From: Candidatus Iainarchaeum sp.
Lineage (GTDB): Archaea > Iainarchaeota > Iainarchaeia > Iainarchaeales > JAGVWC01
Reading direction: 5' to 3'
NCBI GenBank assembly: GCA_018304465.1
Contig: JAGVWC010000009.1
Span: 64,001 to 128,000, forward strand
DNA: 64,000 nt
The position numbers and the translations under genes were made by a program. Below the pieces are notes generated by a model, which had not been told where the DNA came from, made no database searches, and saw nothing but the letters and a program-made list of their open reading frames with translations. Below are positions 27,440-37,521 of the stretch, piece after piece; the first letter of the stretch is position 1; the number at the start of each line of letters is the position of its first letter.

Positions 27440-28381
27440 GATTAGTGACTTCTTGCTGAAGAATGTTTAAAAGCTTTCGTTGTTTTGTCGGGTGCCAAAA
27501 ACCGACTTTTTTTTCAAATCGTGCAAGAGACGAACGTCGTTTGATCTGAAGCGAGTAAAGCATTTTGTATTTCGGATTTTTTAATCACGTGCCGCGGAAA
27601 GGACGAATGCCTTCGGCTTCCAATAAAGGGCAGATTTGATCGAGTATTTTGCAGCTTGTACTGGCATAACGAATCGATCGGGTGCTTGGAATGCAAGATC
27701 CGTCGGAATCAAACAACCCGCGAATGCAGGCTTTGTAAGATCAGTATTTTGGGTTTGGAAGATTCGATCTGGAATAATTATTCGGTCGGCTTTTTTTCCG
27801 CCGATAAAGCCGAAATACGTGCAAAAAAACCAATGGAACACAAATGAGCTGATAGATAGACAGACACATCCACGGCGAGGGTATTTTTTCGGTTTCAATG
27901 CAAAAGTGGAAACCAACAGATAGGAATACAACTCCGCATGATCCGAAGAATCGAAAAATACTTGTATGACCCGCTTACGAAATCCCTTCTGAAAACTCCC
28001 AGAAATCGATCCGTCGCCGAGCAATAATCCGACGATGTAACATAGTTCCGGCGACAGTTTTTTGGGAAACTTCATTTTGTGTCCCGAATAGTTCGCGCTG
28101 AGATAAAATTCTTTTTCGTCGAATCGTTGTCGGTATTCGAGTCGCTTTTCCGCCGGAAGAAATTCGATCATGCGATCGAGTTGTTTGAGCGGAATTGGTT
28201 TTCCTCTCCAAGGCCATTCGCAAACCTGTTTAAATTTCAGATTTAATTTTCGGGCAGTTTCGGTTACGCCACCAAGTTCGTGGCACATTCTTTTTATTTC
28301 TTCTCGGATTCCGTGAGCGAATATTTTTTCTTCGTTGTCTTGGCAAGCAGGTTCAAAAATCGATAATGTTTCGTTTTGCAT
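27440..28381 (-). pseudogene. Decayed two-motif LAGLIDADG endonuclease with N-terminal HTH-like region
   Basis: Motif 1 YIVGLLLGDGS; motif 2 CIRGLFDSDGS in a shifted frame, then in-frame TGA, then KVGFWHPTK. Confidence 0.75.
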
Positions 28382-28503
28382 TCACGGAATTCGGATTTGC
28401 TTTTTTTACGTCTTTAGAAGCGGTGCATCGCCAGTGAAATAGTAAGCATTGCCTCTTGCCATCAAGGATGGCAAAGTCTCTTGAAGGAACCGTACGAAAT
28501 CGG

Positions 28504-29202
28504 CTATTTTCCGTATCTGCGATCTCGTTCGTTGAATTCGGTAACGGCTTGGTTGAGGTCGTTTTTCTGGATTTCGGGCCAGTATTTGTCCAAAAAATAG
28601 AGTTCGGAGTAGGCGGATTGGTAGGTTAAAAAACCGCTTAGGCGTTTGGTTCCGCTGGTGCGGACAATCAAATCGGGAAACGAAAAATCGGAGTACAGGA
28701 ATCGTTTGAATGTTTCCGTGGTGACGTCCGATAATTTGAGTAATCCTTGTTGGTAATCCGTCGCGATTTTTTTGGCGGCGTCCACGATTTCGTTTTGTCC
28801 GGAGTAACCGATCGCGAGGTTGATGGTGCGGGTTTTGTTATCTTCGGTTTTTTTTTCCAAGTCCGTCATTTTTTCTTTGAGTTTTTTTGGCAACAGATCG
28901 GTTTGCCCGATGAAGCGTAACCGAAGGTTTTGGTCTTCGAAAATCGGATTGGCCGCGGCTTTGTCGAGTTCGCGGTCGAATATTTTGAGAAGCAAATGCA
29001 GTTCGGTTTTGTTTCGCGTCAGATTTTCCAACGAAAGCGTGTAAAAAGTCCCGGTTTTAATGGCGGGATAATCGGATAGCCAGTGCATGACGTCCCACGC
29101 TTTTTGGGTGCCCAAGCGATAGGAATCCACCAGGGAAATACCGTGTTGTTTGGCGAACCGGCGGTTTCCATCCGGAATAAACGCAATAGACGAGAGTTCC
29201 AT
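28504..29202 (-). CDS. uppS: cis-polyprenyl diphosphate synthase
   Basis: FIPDGNRRFA, SLEN, PDLIVRTSG..RLSGFL.YQSAYSEL, RRYGK. Confidence 0.95.
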   Translation of the reverse strand: MELSSIAFIPDGNRRFAKQHGISLVDSYRLGTQKAWDVMHWLSDYPAIKTGTFYTLSLENLTRNKTELHLLLKIFDRELDKAAANPIFEDQNLRLRFIGQTDLLPKKLKEKMTDLEKKTEDNKTRTINLAIGYSGQNEIVDAAKKIATDYQQGLLKLSDVTTETFKRFLYSDFSFPDLIVRTSGTKRLSGFLTYQSAYSELYFLDKYWPEIQKNDLNQAVTEFNERDRRYGK

Positions 29203-29319
29203 AAATTTGTCTCCGATAAAAACGATTCATTGGTTTTGGTACAATCCTCGAATGGAGTGCCCAATAACCTGCCCTAAATACCTAATAACAACGCTTTTAA
29301 ATTTCGAATGTTGTGGTCT

Positions 29320-29580
29320 ATGAAGGGAACGGATTTGGTTTCACCAAAAGAAGCGGAGCGACAAAAACGCATTGACGCGATTTTGAACCGGATGCAACAG
29401 CAGATTCGGGAAGTAGAAGCCCTCAAAAAAGAACTTGAAACCGAACCCGGAAAAGAGCCTTCTCCAACAGAAGCCAAAAAATTGATTGAAGAAATCAAGG
29501 TTCCGGATTTGGAAGTATTGCCGGACAAAAAAGAAAAGCGGGTTGTGAATTCGTTTGTTATCGAACAAGACCCGCAATGA
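29320..29580 (+). CDS. Hypothetical coiled-coil protein
   Basis: E/K-rich ORF divergent from uppS. Confidence 0.55.
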   Translation: MKGTDLVSPKEAERQKRIDAILNRMQQQIREVEALKKELETEPGKEPSPTEAKKLIEEIKVPDLEVLPDKKEKRVVNSFVIEQDPQ

Positions 29581-29971
29581 AACGATTTGTGAAAACGTGC
29601 GGTTCGCGTCCACTACTTGGCAACGGTTCAAGGGGTTGATGTTCGAGCAGGAAAAAAATTTCGATTATTGTCTCGTGTTTGAATTCGATGGTTCCCACCG
29701 CATCGAAGCGAGTATTCACATGCTGTTTGTTTTTTTTCCGATTGACGCGGTGTATTTGGATGAAAACAAAAAAGTGGTGGACATCAAACGAAATTTGAGA
29801 CCCTTTTCCCTGAATTATACTCCCAAAGCGCCCAGCAAATATTTAATCGAGATTCCAACGCACCTTGCCAGCGCGATTGGGATCGGAGACCAGTTATTTT
29901 GGGAGCTGGATGTCAAAAAGCGGGATGTGCAGCCGTATTTCCCAGCGACTCGAACCGCCGCAGGACTTTGA
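29555..29971 (+). CDS. DUF192 domain protein
   Basis: RFKGLMF, IHMLFVFFPIDAVYLD, YLIE. Confidence 0.85.
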   Translation: MLSNKTRNETICENVRFASTTWQRFKGLMFEQEKNFDYCLVFEFDGSHRIEASIHMLFVFFPIDAVYLDENKKVVDIKRNLRPFSLNYTPKAPSKYLIEIPTHLASAIGIGDQLFWELDVKKRDVQPYFPATRTAAGL

Positions 29972-30106
29972 CCGATGGTATGAGTGTCCATCGGCATTAG
30001 TATCCTGGCATTGGGTGCGATCGGGTACGAATATTTCAAAAAATAGTCGTCAACATAACGGGGGCTCAAACACGTTTTTTTAAATCGTTTGCTAAAGAAC
30101 TTGTTC

Positions 30107-30292
30107 ATGGACTTAAGCGGTTATATGAAGCGAAGCCGGTCCTCCGGAATGCGTGTCAATGACCGTGCGCGGTTTTGTTTGAATTGCAGCAAGCAACTCG
30201 ACAAGGAATCCGGGCACTTGTTTTTCCAGGGTTTTTGCAGTCAAAACTGTAAAGACGACTATTTGGAATCGATCCGTTCCGGAAAAGGATAA
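30107..30292 (+). CDS. Small zinc-finger protein
   Basis: CLNC...FCSQNC. Confidence 0.6.
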   Translation: MDLSGYMKRSRSSGMRVNDRARFCLNCSKQLDKESGHLFFQGFCSQNCKDDYLESIRSGKG

Positions 30293-30351
30293 ACCGTTTT
30301 TCTGAACCCAATCAACGCATTTTTATTCCTTAACTTCGTTTTCTTTGAAGC

Positions 30352-33045
30352 ATGACTGCTTCACAAACGGATTATTCGTGTCTTTCGGCCGAAGACGCTT
30401 TAAAATCCCTTAAAACAACCGAAAAAGGGCTTTCAAGCGAATGGGCGGAAGTTCGGTTAAAAGAAGTGGGGCCCAACGAACTGGCCAAAAAAAAGAAAAA
30501 TCTGGTTCTTGAAATTCTGGTCGAACAGTTTTCGGACGTCATGGTATTGATTTTGCTGGCAGCCGCGATTCTACTGTTTTTTGTGGTCAACGAAACCTTG
30601 GACGCTGTCGTGATTCTGGCGATTGTCCTGTTGAACGCGCTGGTGGGATTCATTCAGGAATACAAAGCGGAAAACGCCATTGAAGCCATCAAAAAGTTGT
30701 CGGCGTTTTCGGCGCGCGTGTTGCGAAACGGAAAAGTCGTGAACGTCAACGCTGCCGAATTGGTTCCGGGTGACATCATTTTTTTGGAAGCAGGCGACAA
30801 GATTCCGGCGGACGGGCGCATCCTGGAGAGTTTTTCGCTGTTGGTGGACGAATCATCTTTGACGGGAGAATCCACGGTTGTCGAAAAATCTTCGGAACCG
30901 CTTTTACGTCCAACTGATTTGGCGGACAAAAAAAACATGGTGTTTAAACAGACGATTGTCGCGAATGGAAAAGCCACGGTGGCGGTCACGAATACCGGAA
31001 TGACCACCGAAATCGGAAGAATCGCAGGATTGCTTTCCGAAATCGAGTCCGAAGAAACCCCGCTGGTCAAGCGGTTGAAAAAAGCGTCGGTCCAAATCGG
31101 AATTTTTATTACGGTCGTTTCGGCGGGGTTGATTCTGATTGGTCTTTGGCAGGGAAAAGAAGCCATGGAACTGGCGCTGGTTGCGATCAGTTTGGCGGTC
31201 GCCGCGGTTCCGGAAGGATTGCCTGCCATCATTACGATTACGTTGACGATCGGCGCGACGGTCATGAGCAAAAAAAAAGCGATTGTGCGCAAAATCCAGG
31301 CGGTGGAAACGATCGGCAACTGTTCCGTGATTTGTTCGGACAAAACCGGGACTTTGACCAAAAACGAAATGACGGTCACGCGGGTTTTTTCTTCGTCAGG
31401 AGAATTCGTTGTTTCGGGAAGCGGTTTTGACGTCCAAGGCGCGTTTTTTTCGGGAACCAAAAAAGTGTCGGTGGAAAAAGAACCGGAATTGGATTGGCTT
31501 TTGAAAGCCGTGGTGTTGGCCAACGACGCCACGTTTTCGGCGACCGAACAACGCGGGGATTCGACGGAATTGGCGTTGCTGGTGGCCGCGTACAAAGCGG
31601 GATTAAAACAAGACGAATTATCGTCCCGGTTCGAGGTGTTTGAACAAAACCCGTTTAACACCGAGCGAAAAGCGATGAGCGTGCAGGCGCGGCAAGAAGG
31701 ACGACACTTCGTGTTCGTGAAAGGAAGCGGAGAAACGATTTTGGAAAAAAGCGACCGGATTTTCGTGAACGGAAAAGAAATCGCTTTGTCGGAGGAATGG
31801 AAAAAGAAAATGCTGTTTCAAAACGCGGAAATGGCGTCCCTTGGATTACGCGTTTTGGGCGTGGGAATGATTGAAAGCAAATCGCCGGTTCCCAAAGAAA
31901 AAATGGAGGAAAACGTGGTGTTTTTGGGTTTAGTGGGAATGATCGACGCCGCACGACCCGAAGCAAAAGAATCCATTGCCAAGTGTCATCACGCGGGAAT
32001 CGAAGTCAAGATGATTACGGGAGACCATCCTTTGACCGCGCTTGCGGTCGGAAAAGAACTGGGATTATGCCAGCGACCGGAAGACGTGATCACGGGAAGC
32101 GAATTGGATTGCCTTTCGGGAAAATTATTGGAAGACGCTATTTTGAATAAACGGATTTTTGCGCGCGTAAACCCCGAACACAAGATGGTGATTGTCCAGG
32201 TATTGCAAAAAAAAGGGTTTGTTGTGGGCATGACGGGCGACGGAATCAATGACGGACCCGCGTTAAAGCAAGCCGATGTCGGGTTTGCCATGGGCATCAC
32301 CGGAACCGACGTGGCCAAGGAATCCGCCCAGATCGTTTTGGCCGACGACAATTTCGCGACGATTGTCACGGGAATCGAGGAAGGACGCCGGATTTATTCG
32401 AATATTCGCGGGTTCATGAAATATTTGTTCGCGGCAAACCTCGGCGAAATCCTCATTATTTCGTTGGCGATTCTGCTTGATTTTCGGTTTCTTCCCTTGG
32501 TGGCCATCCAGATTCTTTGGTTAAACCTTGCAACCGACGGGCTTCCGGCTTTGGCGTTGGGCGCCGAAAAAGGCGATCAGGACGTCATGGACAAAAAACC
32601 GCGTCGCCCCACCGAAGGATTGTTGCATGGATTGGAATCGTTTATTCTGGTGGCTGGAGTCATCAGCGCGATCATGGTGCTGGGCGTGTTTTCGTGGGGA
32701 ATCAACGAAGGGTTGTCCTTGGAAAAAGCGCGTACCTTGGCGTTTAACATGCTGGTGTTGTTCGAACTCGTGCTGGTGTTTAATTGCCGGAGCGAAGAAA
32801 AAACAATGCTTGAAAAGCCTTTTTGGACGAATCGAAAACTGATGGTGGCCGTGGTGGCATCGGGTTTGCTGCAGGTAATGATCACCCAGATTGATTGGTT
32901 CCACCCGATTTTTGAGACAACGGATTTGGCGGTTGCGGAATGGATCGGACTTGGACTATTGTCTTTTTCGGCGATCGTGGTGCCCTATTTGGCCCGCGGA
33001 TTAAACGGTTGGATATCCAAATTCAGACCGGAACGGAGCGGATAA
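30352..33045 (+). CDS. P-type cation-transporting ATPase (type IIA, Ca2+-like)
   Basis: TGES, VPEGLP, DKTGTLT, MITGDH, TGDGINDGPALK, NLATDGLPA. Confidence 0.95.
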   Translation: MTASQTDYSCLSAEDALKSLKTTEKGLSSEWAEVRLKEVGPNELAKKKKNLVLEILVEQFSDVMVLILLAAAILLFFVVNETLDAVVILAIVLLNALVGFIQEYKAENAIEAIKKLSAFSARVLRNGKVVNVNAAELVPGDIIFLEAGDKIPADGRILESFSLLVDESSLTGESTVVEKSSEPLLRPTDLADKKNMVFKQTIVANGKATVAVTNTGMTTEIGRIAGLLSEIESEETPLVKRLKKASVQIGIFITVVSAGLILIGLWQGKEAMELALVAISLAVAAVPEGLPAIITITLTIGATVMSKKKAIVRKIQAVETIGNCSVICSDKTGTLTKNEMTVTRVFSSSGEFVVSGSGFDVQGAFFSGTKKVSVEKEPELDWLLKAVVLANDATFSATEQRGDSTELALLVAAYKAGLKQDELSSRFEVFEQNPFNTERKAMSVQARQEGRHFVFVKGSGETILEKSDRIFVNGKEIALSEEWKKKMLFQNAEMASLGLRVLGVGMIESKSPVPKEKMEENVVFLGLVGMIDAARPEAKESIAKCHHAGIEVKMITGDHPLTALAVGKELGLCQRPEDVITGSELDCLSGKLLEDAILNKRIFARVNPEHKMVIVQVLQKKGFVVGMTGDGINDGPALKQADVGFAMGITGTDVAKESAQIVLADDNFATIVTGIEEGRRIYSNIRGFMKYLFAANLGEILIISLAILLDFRFLPLVAIQILWLNLATDGLPALALGAEKGDQDVMDKKPRRPTEGLLHGLESFILVAGVISAIMVLGVFSWGINEGLSLEKARTLAFNMLVLFELVLVFNCRSEEKTMLEKPFWTNRKLMVAVVASGLLQVMITQIDWFHPIFETTDLAVAEWIGLGLLSFSAIVVPYLARGLNGWISKFRPERSG

Positions 33046-33047
33046 GA

Positions 33048-33458
33048 ATGCAGGAATTGGAGGGAACGGTTGTTTCCGGAGCGGAGCGCGCCCAAGAATT
33101 GATTTCAAAACCAGGGTATCGGGTGCAGCTTCGCAGAATGCTCGGCATTGATATTTTTCCGGGAACATTGAATCTGGAAGTCGACGAAGAGGAACGCGAA
33201 TCGTTTTTGGCGCAGATTCGCGGGTTTGAAATCACGGGGTTTAGCGAAGAGGAAAACGAATTCGGAATGTTGTTTGTGTATCCCGTGTTTTTCGAAAACG
33301 GTCAAAAAGGCGGAGTCATTGTTCCGGAAAAAGCCGAACACGGTTCGGAAATCATCGAAATCGTTGCCGCGGATAATTTGCGAAAAAAATTCGGTTTAAG
33401 CGACGGAAGTTCGTTTCGGATTTTTGCGGGCGACTACGTGTATCCCGAAAAAACCTAG
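33048..33458 (+). CDS. CTP-dependent riboflavin kinase (DUF120) family
   Basis: GTVVSG, FPGTLNL, IIEIVA..NLRKKFGL.DG. Confidence 0.8.
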   Translation: MQELEGTVVSGAERAQELISKPGYRVQLRRMLGIDIFPGTLNLEVDEEERESFLAQIRGFEITGFSEEENEFGMLFVYPVFFENGQKGGVIVPEKAEHGSEIIEIVAADNLRKKFGLSDGSSFRIFAGDYVYPEKT

Positions 33459-33518
33459 CGGTTCGTTGATCGCCGGTGAATCGCTTTTTTTTAAACGTCT
33501 TGGGTCTTTTCTTCGAAG

Positions 33519-34976
33519 ATGACAAAAAAGGAAGCGCCAATGGATTCCAAAGGCGTTTTAGGCTGGCATTTTTGTCCGGTGCAAGACCCGGATATCGCCA
33601 AAGTAGTGGTTTCAAGCGACTTGTTTTCGATCGTTGAATTGCGGAATGAAAAACGCGTGTACGTGATCGCTTTTCCGACGCTTTCAAAAGACGAAGAACA
33701 ATTGGTTTTGGAAGTGTTGGTTTCTTTTCAGACGCAATCGGATACGAGTCGTTTTGACGCCGAGGATTTTCGGGTTTTTTTCGATTCGTTCTGCGAAGAA
33801 CGATTCCTAGACTTGGAGTCCGCGCAATCAGAGTACTTGTTTCGGTTGCTGTATTGTTTGGCATTTTTAGCCGGACCGCTCCAGTTTTTGTTGGAAAACA
33901 AAAACCTTGAAGAAATCGCGGTGTGCGGCGTTGAAAGGTCCACTCCGGTTCGGGTTTTTGACCGTGATTTCGGATGGCTCGAAACCAACCTGGTTATTTT
34001 TTCACCAGAGCTGTTTCGGAATCTGGTGAACCGGATTGTCCGAAAAACCGGGCGAAGGCTTTCGCTTAAAACCCCGCGCATCAACGCGGTGCTCGAAGAC
34101 GGTTCGCGAATTCATGCGGCCATGGAACCGGTTTCTTTTTCGGGCCCGACCTTGACGATTCGAAAGTTTCGCGAACGCCCTTTTTCCCCGTTGGAATTGA
34201 TCCGCTTTGGAACCCTCAGTTCGGAAATGGCCGCGTTTCTTTGGATGGCGTTTTTGACGGATTGTTCGGTTTTGTTGTGCGGAAACACGGGTAGTGGAAA
34301 AACAAGTTCGTTAAACGCGTTTTTTTGTTTTGTTCCGGAAAAAGAACGCGTGATTTCGGTGGAAGAAACCCCGGAATTGAAGTTGTCGCATCCGCATTGG
34401 ATTCGTTTGACTACCAGCGAAGAAGCCGGTATTTCGATGCGGTCCCTTATTTTGGATTCGCTTCGCATGCGGCCGGACCGCATTGTAGTGGGAGAAATCC
34501 GGAGCAAAGGGGAAGTCAAGGCGTTTTTGGACACGTTGCTTGCGGGACAAGGAAAAGGATCCATGGCCACGTTTCACGCGCAATCCGGCAAGGAAGCGTT
34601 GGTTCGAATGAGATCGTACGGAGTGCTCGAAATGGATTTGGCGTCGATCGATTTGATCGTGGTGCAGCGGCGGTTTTCCCGGGTAGACCCGGCAACGCTG
34701 CGGCAAACGGAAGAACGCAGAATCGTCGAGATCAGCGAAGTGGATTGGAACGGAAGCGGCGTGGAATTACGCAAATTATTCGAATTCGATTTTGGGTTGC
34801 GGCAGTTCAAGCGGGTGAATCAAAGCATTCGGTTGGCGGCCAAGATGGTTCACACCTTTGGAGTAAATCCGTTGGGGTTAGAGCAGCTGTTGGCCAAACG
34901 CAGGTTAGATCTCGAAGAACGAGTGATTAAGGAAACCGATTGGGGGGTCAAAGAAAAATGGATTCGGGAATCCTAA
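33519..34976 (+). CDS. Type II/IV secretion/pilus ATPase (CpaF/VirB11 family)
   Basis: TIRKF, GNTGSGKTS, SVEETPEL, LRMRPDRIVVGEIR, TFHA. Confidence 0.92.
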   Translation: MTKKEAPMDSKGVLGWHFCPVQDPDIAKVVVSSDLFSIVELRNEKRVYVIAFPTLSKDEEQLVLEVLVSFQTQSDTSRFDAEDFRVFFDSFCEERFLDLESAQSEYLFRLLYCLAFLAGPLQFLLENKNLEEIAVCGVERSTPVRVFDRDFGWLETNLVIFSPELFRNLVNRIVRKTGRRLSLKTPRINAVLEDGSRIHAAMEPVSFSGPTLTIRKFRERPFSPLELIRFGTLSSEMAAFLWMAFLTDCSVLLCGNTGSGKTSSLNAFFCFVPEKERVISVEETPELKLSHPHWIRLTTSEEAGISMRSLILDSLRMRPDRIVVGEIRSKGEVKAFLDTLLAGQGKGSMATFHAQSGKEALVRMRSYGVLEMDLASIDLIVVQRRFSRVDPATLRQTEERRIVEISEVDWNGSGVELRKLFEFDFGLRQFKRVNQSIRLAAKMVHTFGVNPLGLEQLLAKRRLDLEERVIKETDWGVKEKWIRES

Positions 34977-35788
34977 GCCAACAGTGGGCGGAATTTGAAA
35001 AATCCCTTTCAAAACGGCTGGAGTTATCAGGAAAAAAAGAAACCGCGATTTTTTTCGTGAAAAAAAAGTTTGTGGAACGGTTGTGGGTGCTGGGGGCCGT
35101 TTGGATTTTGTACGCGGTTTTTTTTTTGGATCTCGTGGCAGGATTTGGGGTCGGAGCGATCGTTTTTTTGGGTTGGTTTTTTGCGGGAATCAACGCGCCT
35201 TTTTCGGATTTGACGCGAAAAACCGAACAGTTTGAAAAAGAGTTGCCGTTGGCGTTGATGGCGTTAAGCGTGGAACTCAATATTGGAATTCCGTTTGAAC
35301 GCGGTTTGGCTGACATCGCGCGGTCCGGATATGGCCGGACAAGCGCCGAGTTCAAGACGGTTTTTGACGAAGTGGCCAAAAAAGGAAGCAGCGTGTCGGA
35401 GTCGCTGCAGCATTTGTCGGATCGGCTCGAGTCGCGGCAAGTCCGGCGCGTGGTCCTGGCCTTGATCAACGCGTATGAACAAGGGTCTCGCAAGGAAGCG
35501 GGATTGGCCGTGCGACGAATCGGGTTGGAACTGTTGTCGGAACAGCGGATAAAAGCGCGGGAATTCGGATCCAAGCTCGCGGTTTTTTCCCTGGTGTTCA
35601 TCACGGTTTCGGCGATCGCGCCGGCGTTGTTCCAGAGTTTCGTGATTGTCGGAGGGTTGTTTTTGGATTTTGATTTTTCGCCGCTACAGGTGTTGCTCGC
35701 GATCACGGTCGGGTTTCCGGCGCTGGATCTGGGCGTATTGGGATTGATTCGAAATCAAACACCGGTTTTTTTGCGGGATTGGAAATAA
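34958..35788 (+). CDS. Type II secretion system F / TadC-like membrane protein
   Basis: ELPLAL..LSVEL..G.PFE pattern, TM helices, follows the ATPase. Confidence 0.85.
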   Translation: MDSGILSQQWAEFEKSLSKRLELSGKKETAIFFVKKKFVERLWVLGAVWILYAVFFLDLVAGFGVGAIVFLGWFFAGINAPFSDLTRKTEQFEKELPLALMALSVELNIGIPFERGLADIARSGYGRTSAEFKTVFDEVAKKGSSVSESLQHLSDRLESRQVRRVVLALINAYEQGSRKEAGLAVRRIGLELLSEQRIKAREFGSKLAVFSLVFITVSAIAPALFQSFVIVGGLFLDFDFSPLQVLLAITVGFPALDLGVLGLIRNQTPVFLRDWK

Positions 35789-35797
35789 AGGAGGGAA

Positions 35798-36700
35798 GTG
35801 ACGGTGGATAGCCGGATCGTGACGCGGAAATTGGAAACGCTTTTGGTCGCGTGCGAATCGCCTCAAACCGCGGGGGTTTTTTTGGACCGGTCTATTCGAG
35901 AAGGCGCCGCAGCCGCGGCGGCGGGAGTCGTCGCGCTGTGGGTCCTGCAAACCCCTATGTTCTACATAACTTGCGCGGGCGCGGGGCTTTTTTTCCTCCC
36001 CGCTTTTTTTCGGTTCTTGTTTCTTTTGGTTGAATCCGATCGGCGTCGAAAACAACGAGAAGAAATGGTGCCGGATTTGTTGTTGCAGGCCAGTGTGTTT
36101 CCGCCGGGCACTCCCATCATGAAATTGATTTCGTATTGTGCGCGCTCGGATTTTGGGTTTCTTGGAGCCGAGTTTTTCCGGGCGGTCACCGAAATCGAGC
36201 GCGGTGCTTCGGTGGAATCAGCGTTAGGCGCGGTTTCCAGGCGTTGCAAAAGCCCCAGCGTGGATCGCGCGGTTCATTTGATCGTGCTTGGGTATTCCAC
36301 CGGATGCGACTTGTCGGAGACGTTTCGCCAGACCGCGGAAGACCTCTTGGAGACCCAAAGCATTCTTCGCGAGCGAAGTGCGTTGTTGTGGGTGGAAAAA
36401 TACACGATCTTGGTTGCGGGCGGCGTTGTGGTGCCGGTCGTATTGGGTTTGCTTTCCGGGTTGTCCGCGGACCTGGATGTCTCGGCGTTTAGTACCCTTG
36501 AAATCGGAGCCAGTAGCGTGGATCGAAAAAGCCTTTCCGAAATGGCGGGAATTGGAACCTGGATTTATTTGATTGAATACGGGGTTTTGGCGAGTTTTTT
36601 TGTGGCCATTCAGGAAGGCCGCTGGAAACGAGGCGTGTTGTACGCCGCGGTCCTGGTTCCGTTGGGTTTGGCGGGTTTTTGGCTGGCCGCGGGATGGTAA
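35798..36700 (+). CDS. Second TadC-like membrane protein
   Basis: VPDLL, FGFLGAEF...EIERGASVESAL, TM helices. Confidence 0.85.
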   Translation: MTVDSRIVTRKLETLLVACESPQTAGVFLDRSIREGAAAAAAGVVALWVLQTPMFYITCAGAGLFFLPAFFRFLFLLVESDRRRKQREEMVPDLLLQASVFPPGTPIMKLISYCARSDFGFLGAEFFRAVTEIERGASVESALGAVSRRCKSPSVDRAVHLIVLGYSTGCDLSETFRQTAEDLLETQSILRERSALLWVEKYTILVAGGVVVPVVLGLLSGLSADLDVSAFSTLEIGASSVDRKSLSEMAGIGTWIYLIEYGVLASFFVAIQEGRWKRGVLYAAVLVPLGLAGFWLAAGW

Positions 36701-36759
36701 GGATACAGCGGAAAAAAGGCGTGGTTTTATAAAGAATTAAATCGTTTTTTAGTTGGTGC

Positions 36760-37512
36760 ATGAAAATGGAACATTCGTCGATTGAATTTGTGGAATGGAA
36801 CAAGAAAAACCTCGCGGGATACACCTTGATAGAAGGGTTTCCGGGTCTTGGGCTTGTTGGAACGATTGCCGCCAAGTATGTGGTTGAAAAAGGCGGTTTT
36901 GAGGAATTAGGAGTCATTGAATCCGACGGGTTTTCCTCCATTATCCGGGTGCATGACGGCATGCCGGTGTTTCCTTCGCGTATTTACGTGAACGACAAAC
37001 AAAAACTCGTCGTGTTGATTTCGGAACAAATTATTCCCAAACAATTAACCCCGAAATTGGCCAAGAAAACGGTGCAATGGATCAAATCCAAGGGAATCAA
37101 ACGCGCCATTTCGCTTGCGGGCATCAATACCGGTGATCCAAAAGACCAGAATATTTATGGAATCGCGGACAACATTCAGTCCAAGCAAATGCTGGAAAAA
37201 AACGGGGTGCTCATGATCAAGGAAGGAATCACGACCGGTGTTACGGCGTTGATCCTGTTGGAGCTTCAAAAAGAAACTGCGATTGAAGCCATGTCGCTCA
37301 TGGGACCGGTGTCGATTGGCGCGGATTACAAAGCCGCGGCGAAACTCCTTGAAAAACTCAATACCGTGCTTGGATTAAACATCGATGTCAAACCGTTGTT
37401 GGCGGAAGCCAAAAAAACCGAAAGAGAAATCTTGGATCATTTGCAGAAAGTCAAGGAAACCGGCGAAACCATTCAGGAACTCGAAGACAAGACCACGACA
37501 ATGTATGCGTAA
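36760..37512 (+). CDS. PAC2 proteasome assembly chaperone family
   Basis: IEGFPGLGLVGTIAAKY, PSRIY, AAAKLLEKL...IDVKPL. Confidence 0.92.
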   Translation: MKMEHSSIEFVEWNKKNLAGYTLIEGFPGLGLVGTIAAKYVVEKGGFEELGVIESDGFSSIIRVHDGMPVFPSRIYVNDKQKLVVLISEQIIPKQLTPKLAKKTVQWIKSKGIKRAISLAGINTGDPKDQNIYGIADNIQSKQMLEKNGVLMIKEGITTGVTALILLELQKETAIEAMSLMGPVSIGADYKAAAKLLEKLNTVLGLNIDVKPLLAEAKKTEREILDHLQKVKETGETIQELEDKTTTMYA

Positions 37513-37521
37513 GGCGAAAAA

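Noticed and set aside
27587-27592. In-frame TGA in the LAGLIDADG gene as evidence of stop-codon recoding
   Set aside because: TGA terminates many intact genes here and the same gene also has a frameshift
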